From a virus, in the IMG/VR virus record IMGVR_UViG_3300027899_001695, positions 1 through 64,000 of that record: a DNA stretch of 64,000 nt. The stretch is one strand, 5' to 3'. The notes under the pieces are model-generated. The model worked only from the letters and a program-made list of their open reading frames with translations, made no database searches and was not told the DNA's origin. This document shows positions 9,938-18,690 of this stretch, piece by piece. Every line of letters starts with the position of its first letter. Position 1 is the stretch's first letter. A program made the position numbers and the translations under genes.

Positions 9938-11155
9938 ATGGCTTGGGGAACAACAATAAAAACAACAAAGGTACCAATTGCAATAAAGGATTTTAAACTT
10001 TATACAATGTCTGGAACTGCTCTATGGACAAAATTAAGTCTTGCAGGAATTGGGACACCGATGGGCATGCTTGATAATACATATTATTATACAGATGAAG
10101 CAGGTTGGAAGTTAATTCTAGGAGATTTAGTGCAGAACTCTTCTCTTTATGTTACCGATAGATATGACTGTCCACTTCCATATGATTTAGCTTTCTCTTT
10201 TGGGCTTTTTTATGCAGATGGAAGTAGTTCTATCAATGAGAAAAAAGGGTATTATAATTGGTATATCTGCAATTCCAATAAAGAGTTGTTGGAACGTTGT
10301 ATAGGGCCTTTGGAACGAGAGTGGGGGTTTAATTTTAAAATACATTCTTATGATTCTGAGAAAAAGGGTACACAAACGAATTTTGGGGAAAGAAATAAAG
10401 ATATCTATAGATTAATTACTAATATTGGTGCAGGAAATAAAAGAAAAAGCCCTAGAAAAGACTTTATTAAAGAATGGCACCAAATGTTTCATACGGAAGG
10501 GGGTAGGAAGAGAGTTCCTGGGTGTATCATGGAAAGCCCCTTGGAAACTAAGCAGGCTTTTATTGATGGGGTTATTGAAGGAGACGCTCATAAGAAAGGC
10601 CATATGTTGGGTGTTAAGAATAAATATACTTTAATGGAGCTTTATATCATTATGGATGAGCTTAGTCTTAATCCAAAAGCTTATCCAGAAAAACGAAGAG
10701 AAGATTTCTGGTATTTGCATTATTCTTTCTTAAATAAGCACGATTCTTATATTGCAAGATTCTTGGAAAATAAAGATTGGACTTCTGTTCAGGCAATAGC
10801 GAATGAATTTAAAATGTCTAATGGAATGGTTGGGGGCATTTTAGAAGGAATGGAAAAGAAAGGAAATATTATATTTCAAAAACCTTGGTCACAAAGAAAA
10901 GAAGTAAAACTAGTAAAAGGAATTGAAGCACATTGTGACAAGTTTGCAATGAAAGCGAGGGTTTTAGCATTTGAAAGGTATGGATTAAATTCTTGTGGTT
11001 TTGTAATTGGTGATGTACCACAAGGAAGACATAGTTTTAATTTAATTGTAACGACAACTGGTTTTCTTTTATTTGAACCGCAAAATACTGTTGCAAACTT
11101 TGGGGTTTTTCCTTTGGGTGGTAGAGATTATAAAACGGACATTGTCTTAATCTAA
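9938..11155 (+). CDS. Papain/transglutaminase-like cysteine peptidase (YDCDKFA...HSFN...FEPQ) interrupted in frame by a LAGLIDADG element; candidate lysin
   Basis: Removing aa 78-332 restores a 150-aa protein with Cys-His-Glu triad motifs; position after tail genes and before membrane proteins. Confidence 0.65.
   Translation: MAWGTTIKTTKVPIAIKDFKLYTMSGTALWTKLSLAGIGTPMGMLDNTYYYTDEAGWKLILGDLVQNSSLYVTDRYDCPLPYDLAFSFGLFYADGSSSINEKKGYYNWYICNSNKELLERCIGPLEREWGFNFKIHSYDSEKKGTQTNFGERNKDIYRLITNIGAGNKRKSPRKDFIKEWHQMFHTEGGRKRVPGCIMESPLETKQAFIDGVIEGDAHKKGHMLGVKNKYTLMELYIIMDELSLNPKAYPEKRREDFWYLHYSFLNKHDSYIARFLENKDWTSVQAIANEFKMSNGMVGGILEGMEKKGNIIFQKPWSQRKEVKLVKGIEAHCDKFAMKARVLAFERYGLNSCGFVIGDVPQGRHSFNLIVTTTGFLLFEPQNTVANFGVFPLGGRDYKTDIVLI
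10169..10933 (+). mobile_element. In-frame LAGLIDADG homing endonuclease + winged HTH insertion lacking a Hint domain
   Basis: LAFSFGLFYADG and AFIDGVIEGDA motifs; C-terminal wHTH (SVQAIANEF...LEGMEKKGNI); starts Cys, ends His, followed by Cys. Confidence 0.7.
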
Positions 11156-11213
11156 TTTTAAAACACAGACCTTATAGGTTATAATTAGAATAGTAATTAA
11201 GGAGGTAGATTTT

Positions 11214-11306
11214 ATGCTTTGGACTATTACATGGTATGCGTTTTGGGTAATTGTTATCGGTTCAATTGGAACAATTATCTGGACCCTGATTAAAAACAAG
11301 AAATAA
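11214..11306 (+). CDS. 30-aa single-TM peptide (holin/antiholin-like)
   Basis: MLWTITWYAFWVIVIGSIGTIIWTLIKNKK with AAGGAGGT RBS; not in ORF track. Confidence 0.6.
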   Translation: MLWTITWYAFWVIVIGSIGTIIWTLIKNKK

Positions 11307-11318
11307 AGGAGGATAGAA

Positions 11319-12104
11319 ATGGCAATTAATATAACACCTGAAGAGAGGAATTTCCGATTTAAAGTAACCCAGTTAGGACGTTACCTATTGGCTTTCTTTG
11401 TTGTCGGATTGGCCTTTACTTTAATCTTTTTCTCACCCACTAAAGACCCAGCACCTTATATAGGTCTTGCTGGTACTTTGATTGGGGCTATTGTTATGTT
11501 CTACTTTAGGTCGTCTTCTTCAAATGAAAAGATGCCTGTTGATTCAACTAGCAATAATGAAGATGTCGTAGTTCCTGCGATGCTTCCGTTTGTAGGCAAT
11601 TCACCTGCTGCAAATACCCCAAGAATGTGTTCAACTGGAGAATTACACGCTCCGAATTGTGGATGTGGAGATTGTGAGCCTTATTCAGCTCCTATTGAGT
11701 ATGAAGAGGTTAAGAATTATTCCGCACCTTCTGTAAGTTTTGACTTTAATGCTGTATTAGCTAGACTTGAGAAAGAAGCTAAAGCAGACGGTATAAAGTG
11801 GACAAAGATGAAGGCCGCAATGGAGTTTAAAGTCTGGTTATTCAATAATATCACAATCGGTTCTGACCGTTGGGCAGAAGGTATGGATGTTGCTTTAGAC
11901 TTAGCTAGTAAGGCCTATGCTGATGTAATTGGTATAGCTGCTCCTATTGCTTATTCTGAGGTTGCTAACTATAATGCTCACATGAACAAACTGAAGAAAG
12001 ATGTTAAGAATAAGTACGGTTGTGGCAAAGTTCCTGCAGAAGCAGTAAGAGTTGCTGTAATGACACTAAGGGAAGTTTTAAAATATCATGAAGAGATTAG
12101 CTAA
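11319..12104 (+). CDS. Two-TM membrane protein, holin-like N-terminus plus soluble domain
   Basis: Two hydrophobic helices ending IVMFYFRSSS; AAGGAGG RBS. Confidence 0.5.
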   Translation: MAINITPEERNFRFKVTQLGRYLLAFFVVGLAFTLIFFSPTKDPAPYIGLAGTLIGAIVMFYFRSSSSNEKMPVDSTSNNEDVVVPAMLPFVGNSPAANTPRMCSTGELHAPNCGCGDCEPYSAPIEYEEVKNYSAPSVSFDFNAVLARLEKEAKADGIKWTKMKAAMEFKVWLFNNITIGSDRWAEGMDVALDLASKAYADVIGIAAPIAYSEVANYNAHMNKLKKDVKNKYGCGKVPAEAVRVAVMTLREVLKYHEEIS

Positions 12105-12450
12105 ACCTTTAGTACTAATAGCGATTTTTCTTCTTTTTCTTTCTTCCGCCTTTTTAGGCTGTAACAGAAATTATGAAGAGTTTGCTATTACCGAAGTAAA
12201 GTATGAGGTACAATGTGGCTACGTGTTTCTTTGTTGGTACACTACAGAGCCCGCAATAAGTACTGTGTATACTTGTACTTTACCACCGAATGGGACTTGT
12301 TCAATCATTGCAATAGAACCTGAGATGGGGACTTTACATCAGATAAGTGTTTGTACAGATGAAACTGTGGAAAAATACCAAATTAGGACGGTAAATGCTA
12401 CTGGTGAGGAAGATTGGCAAGAATTTGCCAACCCCTACTTGACAAAGTAA
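12088..12450 (+). CDS. Lipoprotein with Fn3-like domain
   Basis: Signal peptide with FLGC lipobox; WYTTEPAISTVY...LHQISV Fn3-like pattern. Confidence 0.55.
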   Translation: MKRLAKPLVLIAIFLLFLSSAFLGCNRNYEEFAITEVKYEVQCGYVFLCWYTTEPAISTVYTCTLPPNGTCSIIAIEPEMGTLHQISVCTDETVEKYQIRTVNATGEEDWQEFANPYLTK

Positions 12451-12467
12451 TAAAAATAGAGTAATAT
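12439..12467 (+). promoter_or_regulatory. Sigma70-type promoter
   Basis: TTGACA-N17-TAATAT. Confidence 0.55.
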
Positions 12468-12572
12468 AAGTACACCGACTCAATTGGATGGGGAGGGGAG
12501 GAGCCGAAACATGCTCGTCACCTTCCCTTCTGATTTTGGAGGGGGTATTGACACAGGGTATATAATAGTATT

Positions 12573-13016
12573 ATGAACTGCACAGATATTCGGAGTTATT
12601 GGGAAGATAAATACCTTAAAAAGTTTAAATATCCCTATTCTTCTCCAAAAGTTATCATGGAATTAACTCTTTTAAAGAGGTTAATAAAGGCATATAATGA
12701 ATATATAGTCTTAGAGGCTATAGATTCATTCTTTAGTGGTAGTAAAACAGCAGATAAAGTAACAATTCCGTATTTTGCCACACCAAAAGTATTCAAAGAT
12801 ATTAATAGAGAGATACTTTTACTTAAAGATGTTGCAAAGTACTTCAGATATTTAAAAGATAACAAAGTAGACAGAAAAAAGCGGAAGAAAATAGAAGAAT
12901 TATTGCATGAATATATAGATTACAAGACAGCGATGGTTCTATTTGATTACGAAAAGCTTAGATTACCAGAGATAATAAACGAATTAGAAGGAGAAATCAA
13001 TGCAACAGGGATATGA
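12573..13016 (+). CDS. Hypothetical replication-associated protein, probably leaderless
   Basis: Precedes helicase; TATAAT at 12561-12566 six nt before ATG. Confidence 0.5.
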   Translation: MNCTDIRSYWEDKYLKKFKYPYSSPKVIMELTLLKRLIKAYNEYIVLEAIDSFFSGSKTADKVTIPYFATPKVFKDINREILLLKDVAKYFRYLKDNKVDRKKRKKIEELLHEYIDYKTAMVLFDYEKLRLPEIINELEGEINATGI

Positions 13017-14208
13017 AGACCGTTTCCTATCATCAATCAATAATCTAGAAGACCTTTCAGACGTTAATTTAGCAGGGATTACTCCTGAAACCCTTGTAAT
13101 TCGTAGAGAAGTGCTTCAATTCATCATGACATACGCTTCTAGACATCAATCTTTCCCCGCAAGGGACTTAGTAGAGCTAGAATTCTCTGATTTTAAGTAT
13201 ATGGATGGGGTAAAGGCGGAAGAACGGCAGTTCTTGATGAAAGAGCTGATAAAATCCGAAGTTAGACGTAAGGTAGTTAATATTATAGATAAAAGCTCTA
13301 CTATGTTGCATAAAGATACGTATGGAACAATTGATTATCTTCAATCCCAAATTTCTCAAGTTAAAAGGCCCGTTTCTTTCTCTAAAAGTTACACAGATAA
13401 AGAAGCTTTAAGTCGTTTAGTAAAATTGCGGGAAAGAAAAGAAAAATTAAAGAAAGGCGGGATACTTGGAATTAAAACAGGACTATCTTTCTTTGATGCC
13501 CAGCTTCTTGGTTGGCAAGCTGGTAACTTAGTAGCTATTATTGCTAGATTAGGGATTGGGAAGTCTACTTTAGGTACTTATTTATCGTGTTTTGCCTATT
13601 CAGAGGGGTATAGAGTGGCCTATCTTAGTCCTGAAATGACTACAGAAGAAGAAGAATTGAAATGGGATACCACAATGGGTGCTTTAATGGGTTATAAGTT
13701 CTCTACTTCTGGGCTTATGAGAGGAGAAGTAAACGAAAAAGAGTATGAAGAGTTCCTTCTTAAGATGTCAGAACGAAAAGATTGGTTGACAATGGATTCG
13801 GCTCAGAATAAAGCTTTTACTTTACCTGCTATTGAGTCAATTATTGATGAGTTCTCACCAGATGTTGTCGTAATAGATGGCTTTTTGCTACTTAATATTG
13901 GTGATAAATCTCCACAGAATATGGAAAGGGCTGCAAATGAATTAAAAAGCATTGCTTTAAGTCGTAGAGTCGTGATGTTGGTTACATCACAGGCAAACCG
14001 TCAAGCTGGAACTGAGATGCCTGAGATGCATCAGGTCTATGGCACAGATGCTCTTGGGCATGCCGCAGATGTTGTCATTATGATGGCAGATGATGAAACT
14101 AAGCCTAATAAACGGTGGGTTTCTATCGCTAAAAAGCGTATGGGAGCAGGAATCAACAAGAAAGTACTCGTGAATTTTGATGTGGATATCGGCTCGATAG
14201 GTGGGTAG
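13000..14208 (+). CDS. dnaB: Replicative DnaB-like helicase
   Basis: Walker A ARLGIGKS, SPEM, VVVIDG Walker B, SQANR, ADVVI, KKR. Confidence 0.9.
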   Translation: MQQGYEDRFLSSINNLEDLSDVNLAGITPETLVIRREVLQFIMTYASRHQSFPARDLVELEFSDFKYMDGVKAEERQFLMKELIKSEVRRKVVNIIDKSSTMLHKDTYGTIDYLQSQISQVKRPVSFSKSYTDKEALSRLVKLRERKEKLKKGGILGIKTGLSFFDAQLLGWQAGNLVAIIARLGIGKSTLGTYLSCFAYSEGYRVAYLSPEMTTEEEELKWDTTMGALMGYKFSTSGLMRGEVNEKEYEEFLLKMSERKDWLTMDSAQNKAFTLPAIESIIDEFSPDVVVIDGFLLLNIGDKSPQNMERAANELKSIALSRRVVMLVTSQANRQAGTEMPEMHQVYGTDALGHAADVVIMMADDETKPNKRWVSIAKKRMGAGINKKVLVNFDVDIGSIGG

Positions 14209-14398
14209 AATGGAAGACAAGTTCTATTGTCCTAAAACCTATCTTTATTGCGATAGACCAATGGAATTAAAAGAAATAAAAGGTCCTAATGGGATTATTT
14301 ATTTAATACCTAACTGTCATACAGATACTAGAAAATGTAAGTTTGAAATACATAAAAGAATGGTGCAAGCATTGGAGAAATGTGCAGATGCAAGTTAA
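14201..14398 (+). CDS. Small Cys-rich hypothetical protein
   Basis: Tiles between helicase and primase. Confidence 0.4.
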   Translation: MGRMEDKFYCPKTYLYCDRPMELKEIKGPNGIIYLIPNCHTDTRKCKFEIHKRMVQALEKCADAS

Positions 14399-15263
14399 AC
14401 AGATTGTAAAAGAATTAGGAATTAAAATATATCAAGAGAATAATCATTCTCATGAGCTTTATTGTTGGTGTCCTTTTCATAATGAGAAGAGCCCCAGTTT
14501 TAATATCAACTATATTACAGGAAAATGGCAATGTCATGCTGCTTCGTGTGCTATAAAGGGGCGTTCAGTAGATGAGCTGTCTCAAAAGTTAGTAGGAAAG
14601 ACATTTAATCTTGAAGAAGAGGATAATTGGGCTGAACGAATTCATGAACAGCTGTATCCTACAATAAAAAGGGAAACACAGCCCTTTATTCCCTTACTGC
14701 CCTTAGCATTAAGAAATGCAGGGCAGGTTTTCTTAAACAAAAGAGGTATAGAGAATACTTCCATTAATAAATGGAATTTAATGTATTGGGAATCTGTAAA
14801 TGCGATTGTGATTCCTATAGCGTTCTACGGATATATACTAAGGTATATAGATGCGGAAAAAACAAAAGAAAAGTACAAATATGTAAGCGGAACTAAGATA
14901 ACAAACGGATTATTTGGTGAAGAAAACTTGACATTTGGGGAAGAAAGTAGTATAATATTAGTTGAAGGTAGTTTAGATGCTATTTCGATGCATCAAAAGG
15001 GATTTAAGAATACTTTGGCTTTGTTACATGCCGATATGTCGGATATGCAAATGAAAGTATTAACAAAGTATATGGTTCCTATATATTTGATGCTTGACCC
15101 TGATGTTGCAGGAATTATGGCTTCTATTAAAATCTACCAAAAGCTTCGCTCTACTTTTGTAGTGAGAACCTGTCTCTTGCCTGATGGTAAAGACCCAGAT
15201 TCTTGCTCAATTGAGGAAATAAATAAAGCGTTGGCGGAAGCCAAACTAGGAGGTGTAGCATAA
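14343..15263 (+). CDS. dnaG: DNA primase (CHC2 zinc finger + TOPRIM); likely start 14388
   Basis: CPFHNEKSPSF...WQCH; LVEGSLDA; LDPDVAG; KDPD. Confidence 0.9.
   Translation: MKYIKEWCKHWRNVQMQVKQIVKELGIKIYQENNHSHELYCWCPFHNEKSPSFNINYITGKWQCHAASCAIKGRSVDELSQKLVGKTFNLEEEDNWAERIHEQLYPTIKRETQPFIPLLPLALRNAGQVFLNKRGIENTSINKWNLMYWESVNAIVIPIAFYGYILRYIDAEKTKEKYKYVSGTKITNGLFGEENLTFGEESSIILVEGSLDAISMHQKGFKNTLALLHADMSDMQMKVLTKYMVPIYLMLDPDVAGIMASIKIYQKLRSTFVVRTCLLPDGKDPDSCSIEEINKALAEAKLGGVA
14928..14956 (+). promoter_or_regulatory. Perfect sigma70 promoter inside primase CDS
   Basis: TTGACA-N17-TATAAT. Confidence 0.7.
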
Positions 15264-15533
15264 GGACTAAGGGGGAACCCTGATGAAGCGTATAAATAAC
15301 TTTAGCTTTTTATGAGTTATTGAAGTGGGAGTAAAACAGACGACAATGGCACTTTATAAGGAGTCTTATAAAGGATAAATTAGGCTACTAATATAAGAAC
15401 ATATACTTTTGAGATTATATAGTATGTAAAAGCGGGAGTTAAACAGAAAAGACATGGCAAATTAATCAAAGGTGAATTCAAACGCCTTTGATGTGGGAAA
15501 CAAAATAAATAAAAAAACGGAGAAAAGAATTAA
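15264..15533 (+). repeat. Intergenic structured tandem element (two ~29-nt repeats each flanked by hairpins)
   Basis: AAGTGGGAGTAAAACAGACGACAATGGCA (15323-15351) and AAGCGGGAGTTAAACAGAAAAGACATGGCA (15430-15459); hairpins 15352-15373 and 15465-15492. Confidence 0.6.
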
Positions 15534-16259
15534 ATGTATACAGGACTAGATGAAATTAGGGAAAAAGTGGCAGACACAGAAAGCATGTTTGAGGGAACTA
15601 GAATCAAGAAGCTGATGATTAACGATGGAGAGACAGCGATTCTAAGGTTCATTACGGATGGAACAGATGTTATATTGGCACACATGCATGAAATGGAAGA
15701 GGTTGGGCCGAAGGGAAAACGCTTTGTGAAGCGTTATTGCACCAAGGAAGACACTGGTGTGTGTGAGTATTGCTCTGGTGGAGATAAACCCAAGGGTTTC
15801 TTGTATCTTTGGTCGTATGTTTATTCCATTATCCATGCAAGGCAGAACCCCCAGTTGGATATTAACCAAAATGCACCTCGTTGGCAACCTATTAAGATAG
15901 GTTCTCAGACCTTCTATAAGGAAGAGGTTAATTATCCTATGGTCTTTGCTACCAAGATTGGTAAGAAGTCCATGTACCGCAATGCAATTACTGGATTTTG
16001 GCAGGAGTATGGTACTCTTGGTGATAGGGACTATAAGTGGTCACGCAATGGGGCAGGTCTCGATACCATTTATACACTTCAGCCCAAAGACCCTACCAAG
16101 AAGTCTAAAGAGGTAGCAGAGTTTACCTTGGAAACGCTTCCCTCAATTACGGATTATATTGTGGGGAATCCGACTTCAATGGAAACTGTTAATGCTCCTA
16201 AGGAAGCTGCTGTAGTGGCTTCTAAGGGCAACGGCTCTTCCAAAGATGACCCGTTCTAA
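15534..16259 (+). CDS. ssb: Single-stranded DNA-binding protein (gp32-like)
   Basis: ILRFI, H...C...CEYC zinc site, D.KWSRNGAGLDT.Y, acidic DDPF C-terminus. Confidence 0.75.
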   Translation: MYTGLDEIREKVADTESMFEGTRIKKLMINDGETAILRFITDGTDVILAHMHEMEEVGPKGKRFVKRYCTKEDTGVCEYCSGGDKPKGFLYLWSYVYSIIHARQNPQLDINQNAPRWQPIKIGSQTFYKEEVNYPMVFATKIGKKSMYRNAITGFWQEYGTLGDRDYKWSRNGAGLDTIYTLQPKDPTKKSKEVAEFTLETLPSITDYIVGNPTSMETVNAPKEAAVVASKGNGSSKDDPF

Positions 16260-16392
16260 GTAAATAATTGGTAATGGTGGTCAAGTTTACGGAATATCTG
16301 AAGTTCTGCTCGTCAGAAGCAGTAGGATAGGATATAGGAGTGACCTTAAAAGTAGAGGGTACCATTATCAAAATAAAAAAGCGGAGAAAGAA

Positions 16393-16551
16393 ATGAAAGG
16401 TTTAGCAATTTATACATGAATCTTAATGGGGCTACTGGTGCTGTATGCAATCCTATCTCCAGATTATGAAGTATTCACCAAGTTATTTTGTTTAGGAATG
16501 TATACACCAGTAGTAATTTTAGCAATTAAAGTAGTAAAAGGAGACAGATAG
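16393..16551 (+). pseudogene. Small 2-TM membrane protein ORF with internal TGA at codon 9
   Basis: MKGLAIYT*ILMGLLVLYAIL...KGDR; GGAG RBS; stop abuts next ATG at 16553. Confidence 0.5.
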
Positions 16552-16552
16552 A

Positions 16553-16864
16553 ATGCCAAAAGTAAGCGTAAAGTGTGGGATGACAGTCAAACTATTCAAA
16601 GATTCACAGTATGAGTTTTTCCGTCCTGAAGTTAGCATTGAAGACATTGATACCGATGGTAATGTAGATGAACAACTTAAAATAGCAGTCATGGCTCTTA
16701 ACGATGTATGGGAAACGGTTACTGCAGAAGTAAACAAGAAAATTGTTGCAGAAATTCCTCGTGTAGATGCTGAAATGCAGTTACAGGTAAGCACAAAGAT
16801 GAAGAATATGGAACGTATTATCGGTAGTCTCCAGCGTGAAGTAGAGAGTTTGAAAAAGAAATAA
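16553..16864 (+). CDS. Hypothetical protein (beta-hairpin plus coiled coil)
   Basis: RBS AAGGAG; tiles to polA. Confidence 0.6.
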   Translation: MPKVSVKCGMTVKLFKDSQYEFFRPEVSIEDIDTDGNVDEQLKIAVMALNDVWETVTAEVNKKIVAEIPRVDAEMQLQVSTKMKNMERIIGSLQREVESLKKK

Positions 16865-18513
16865 TGAAAATGACCTTGCAGGAAGCCTTACAGGCTCCGA
16901 AGATACTTTCAATCGACCTTGAGACTCCAGATTTAAATTGGTGGAAAGAACGTGCATTGCTTATGGGGATTTATGCACCAGGATTTGAAGGGTATGTAAA
17001 TCTCTTTGAATATGATGATGCCACTCTTTCTTCCTTTTTTGCGGAGTTTGTAAAAGAAAGGTCATTTATATTTCATAATGCTAAATTCGACTTACACTAT
17101 CTACAAAAATGGGTTGATATCTATCCTGTAGAGTTTAGTGATACGATGATTCTTGCATATATGTATAAAGAAAACGTATCTCATAAACTTAAAGACCTAA
17201 GTAAAGAGTATTTTGGTGAGGAAGCATGTATTAATAAGGTATTAGTGGATGATTTTCTTAAAAAGAATACTAAAGGTAGGGGTAGCAAGAATTTCGATTT
17301 TAGTACAGTACCAAATGAAATGTTGGGCAATCGTGCTATAGAGGATGCGAAGAATACCTTTAATCTATTTGGTATTCTTCGTCCTAAAGTCTATAATAAG
17401 GAGATATACCTAACTGAAAAGACTCTGGTAAAGGTATTAATTCGGATGGAAGCCAATGGAATTATGGTGGATAAGAATTATCTAAAGACTTTGGATGAGG
17501 ATTTAACCCATCAGATAGAAATCTTTGAAAAGAAGTATTCAGACATTAATTTAAATTCTACTAAGCAGTTAAGTGAGTGGTTGTTCAATACGTTGGGTCT
17601 TACACCTTCTGAATACACTGGGAAGGGGTCACCATCAACAAAAACAGCCGCTTTGTTGCTTTTAGATTCTCCACAAGCTAGAGATTTGCTTGAATATCGT
17701 AAGATTGGAAAGCTACAAGGTGCTTTTACATCTAATTTATTGCAGAGAATTACAGTAAATGGGCGTATTCATGCTGATTTTAGACAAACTGGAACAGAAA
17801 CAGGTAGATTAAGTTGTTCTAACCCAAATCTTCAGCAAATGCCTAGTAAAAGCCCCATTATTCGTAGAGCATTTCTTGGTAAGAAAGACTTATGGTCATT
17901 TGATTACAGCCAGATGGAAGCGATACTCTATGCCGTCTACAATAAAGAGAAAGATTTATTAAAAGCCATTAAATATGGTGAAGATGTGTATACAGCGATG
18001 GCGGCAAAGATATTTAAAAAGTATGCAGAGGCGGTGACTAAGGACGAACGTAATAGAACCAAGACTATATTTCTTGGTTTAATGTATGGAATGGGAAAAG
18101 AGAAGTTTGAACGAACTACAGGTACTTCTTGGGCTACTGTTAATGGTTATTTTAATAAACGACCATTACAGAAATTGTTAAATAAACAGGTAGAAGAGCG
18201 TGGATATGTCGAAACAATGTTTGGTAGGCAGAGGCATTTACTTCCTGAAGAATCTTATAAAGCTATTAACTCTATTATACAAGGAAGTGCTGCAGATATG
18301 ATAAAAATGTCAATGGCTAAACTTCCATTAGAAATTCAAAATAAAATGCGGCTTACAGTTCATGATGAATTAGTTTTTGAAGATTTAGAAAAAGAGGAAG
18401 TTAAAACGATAAGCGACACAATGACATCTTTTGACCTACCGATTAAAGTAGGTATTGGAACGGGTAAGACTTGGTGGGATTGCAAAGAAAATGAGTACAG
18501 TTTGGAGAGTTAA
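16864..18513 (+). CDS. polA: Family A DNA polymerase with 3'-5' exonuclease
   Basis: IDLET, FHNAKFD, TETGRLSCSNPNLQQMP, DYSQME, K...LGLMYGMG, IQGSAAD, VHDEL. Confidence 0.95.
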   Translation: MKMTLQEALQAPKILSIDLETPDLNWWKERALLMGIYAPGFEGYVNLFEYDDATLSSFFAEFVKERSFIFHNAKFDLHYLQKWVDIYPVEFSDTMILAYMYKENVSHKLKDLSKEYFGEEACINKVLVDDFLKKNTKGRGSKNFDFSTVPNEMLGNRAIEDAKNTFNLFGILRPKVYNKEIYLTEKTLVKVLIRMEANGIMVDKNYLKTLDEDLTHQIEIFEKKYSDINLNSTKQLSEWLFNTLGLTPSEYTGKGSPSTKTAALLLLDSPQARDLLEYRKIGKLQGAFTSNLLQRITVNGRIHADFRQTGTETGRLSCSNPNLQQMPSKSPIIRRAFLGKKDLWSFDYSQMEAILYAVYNKEKDLLKAIKYGEDVYTAMAAKIFKKYAEAVTKDERNRTKTIFLGLMYGMGKEKFERTTGTSWATVNGYFNKRPLQKLLNKQVEERGYVETMFGRQRHLLPEESYKAINSIIQGSAADMIKMSMAKLPLEIQNKMRLTVHDELVFEDLEKEEVKTISDTMTSFDLPIKVGIGTGKTWWDCKENEYSLES

Positions 18514-18690
18514 ATGACTAACGAAGAAGCAGAGAAAGTTATAAGATTAATGATATGTGCTGATGGCGGGTGTTTTCACTGTGCAGGTACTTTATTAGTA
18601 GATTTTAATGAAACATTTCCTGAACATACGGAATTAGCCAAAATGATTTATAAAAAGAGGTTTAATAAGGAGTTAGAGTTATATGACTAA
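18514..18690 (+). CDS. Small hypothetical protein (58 aa, CxxxxCxxC)
   Basis: ATG abuts polA stop; not in ORF track. Confidence 0.5.
   Translation: MTNEEAEKVIRLMICADGGCFHCAGTLLVDFNETFPEHTELAKMIYKKRFNKELELYD

Noticed and set aside
10169-10933. Group I or bulge-helix-bulge intron explanation for the LAGLIDADG insert
   Set aside because: Insert is fully coding, with no recognisable core elements or junction helix; not excluded without RT-PCR
15323-15459. Mini-CRISPR array
   Set aside because: Only two imperfect repeats about 78 nt apart with a structured intervening sequence; does not fit repeat-spacer geometry
15270-15501. Hammerhead ribozyme suggested by CTGATGA (15280) and a distant GAAAC
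   Set aside because: Could not build convincing stems I-III with an NUH cleavage triplet
12451-16552. tRNA genes in the intergenic hairpin regions
   Set aside because: No cloverleaf with TTCGA T-loop and acceptor stem found
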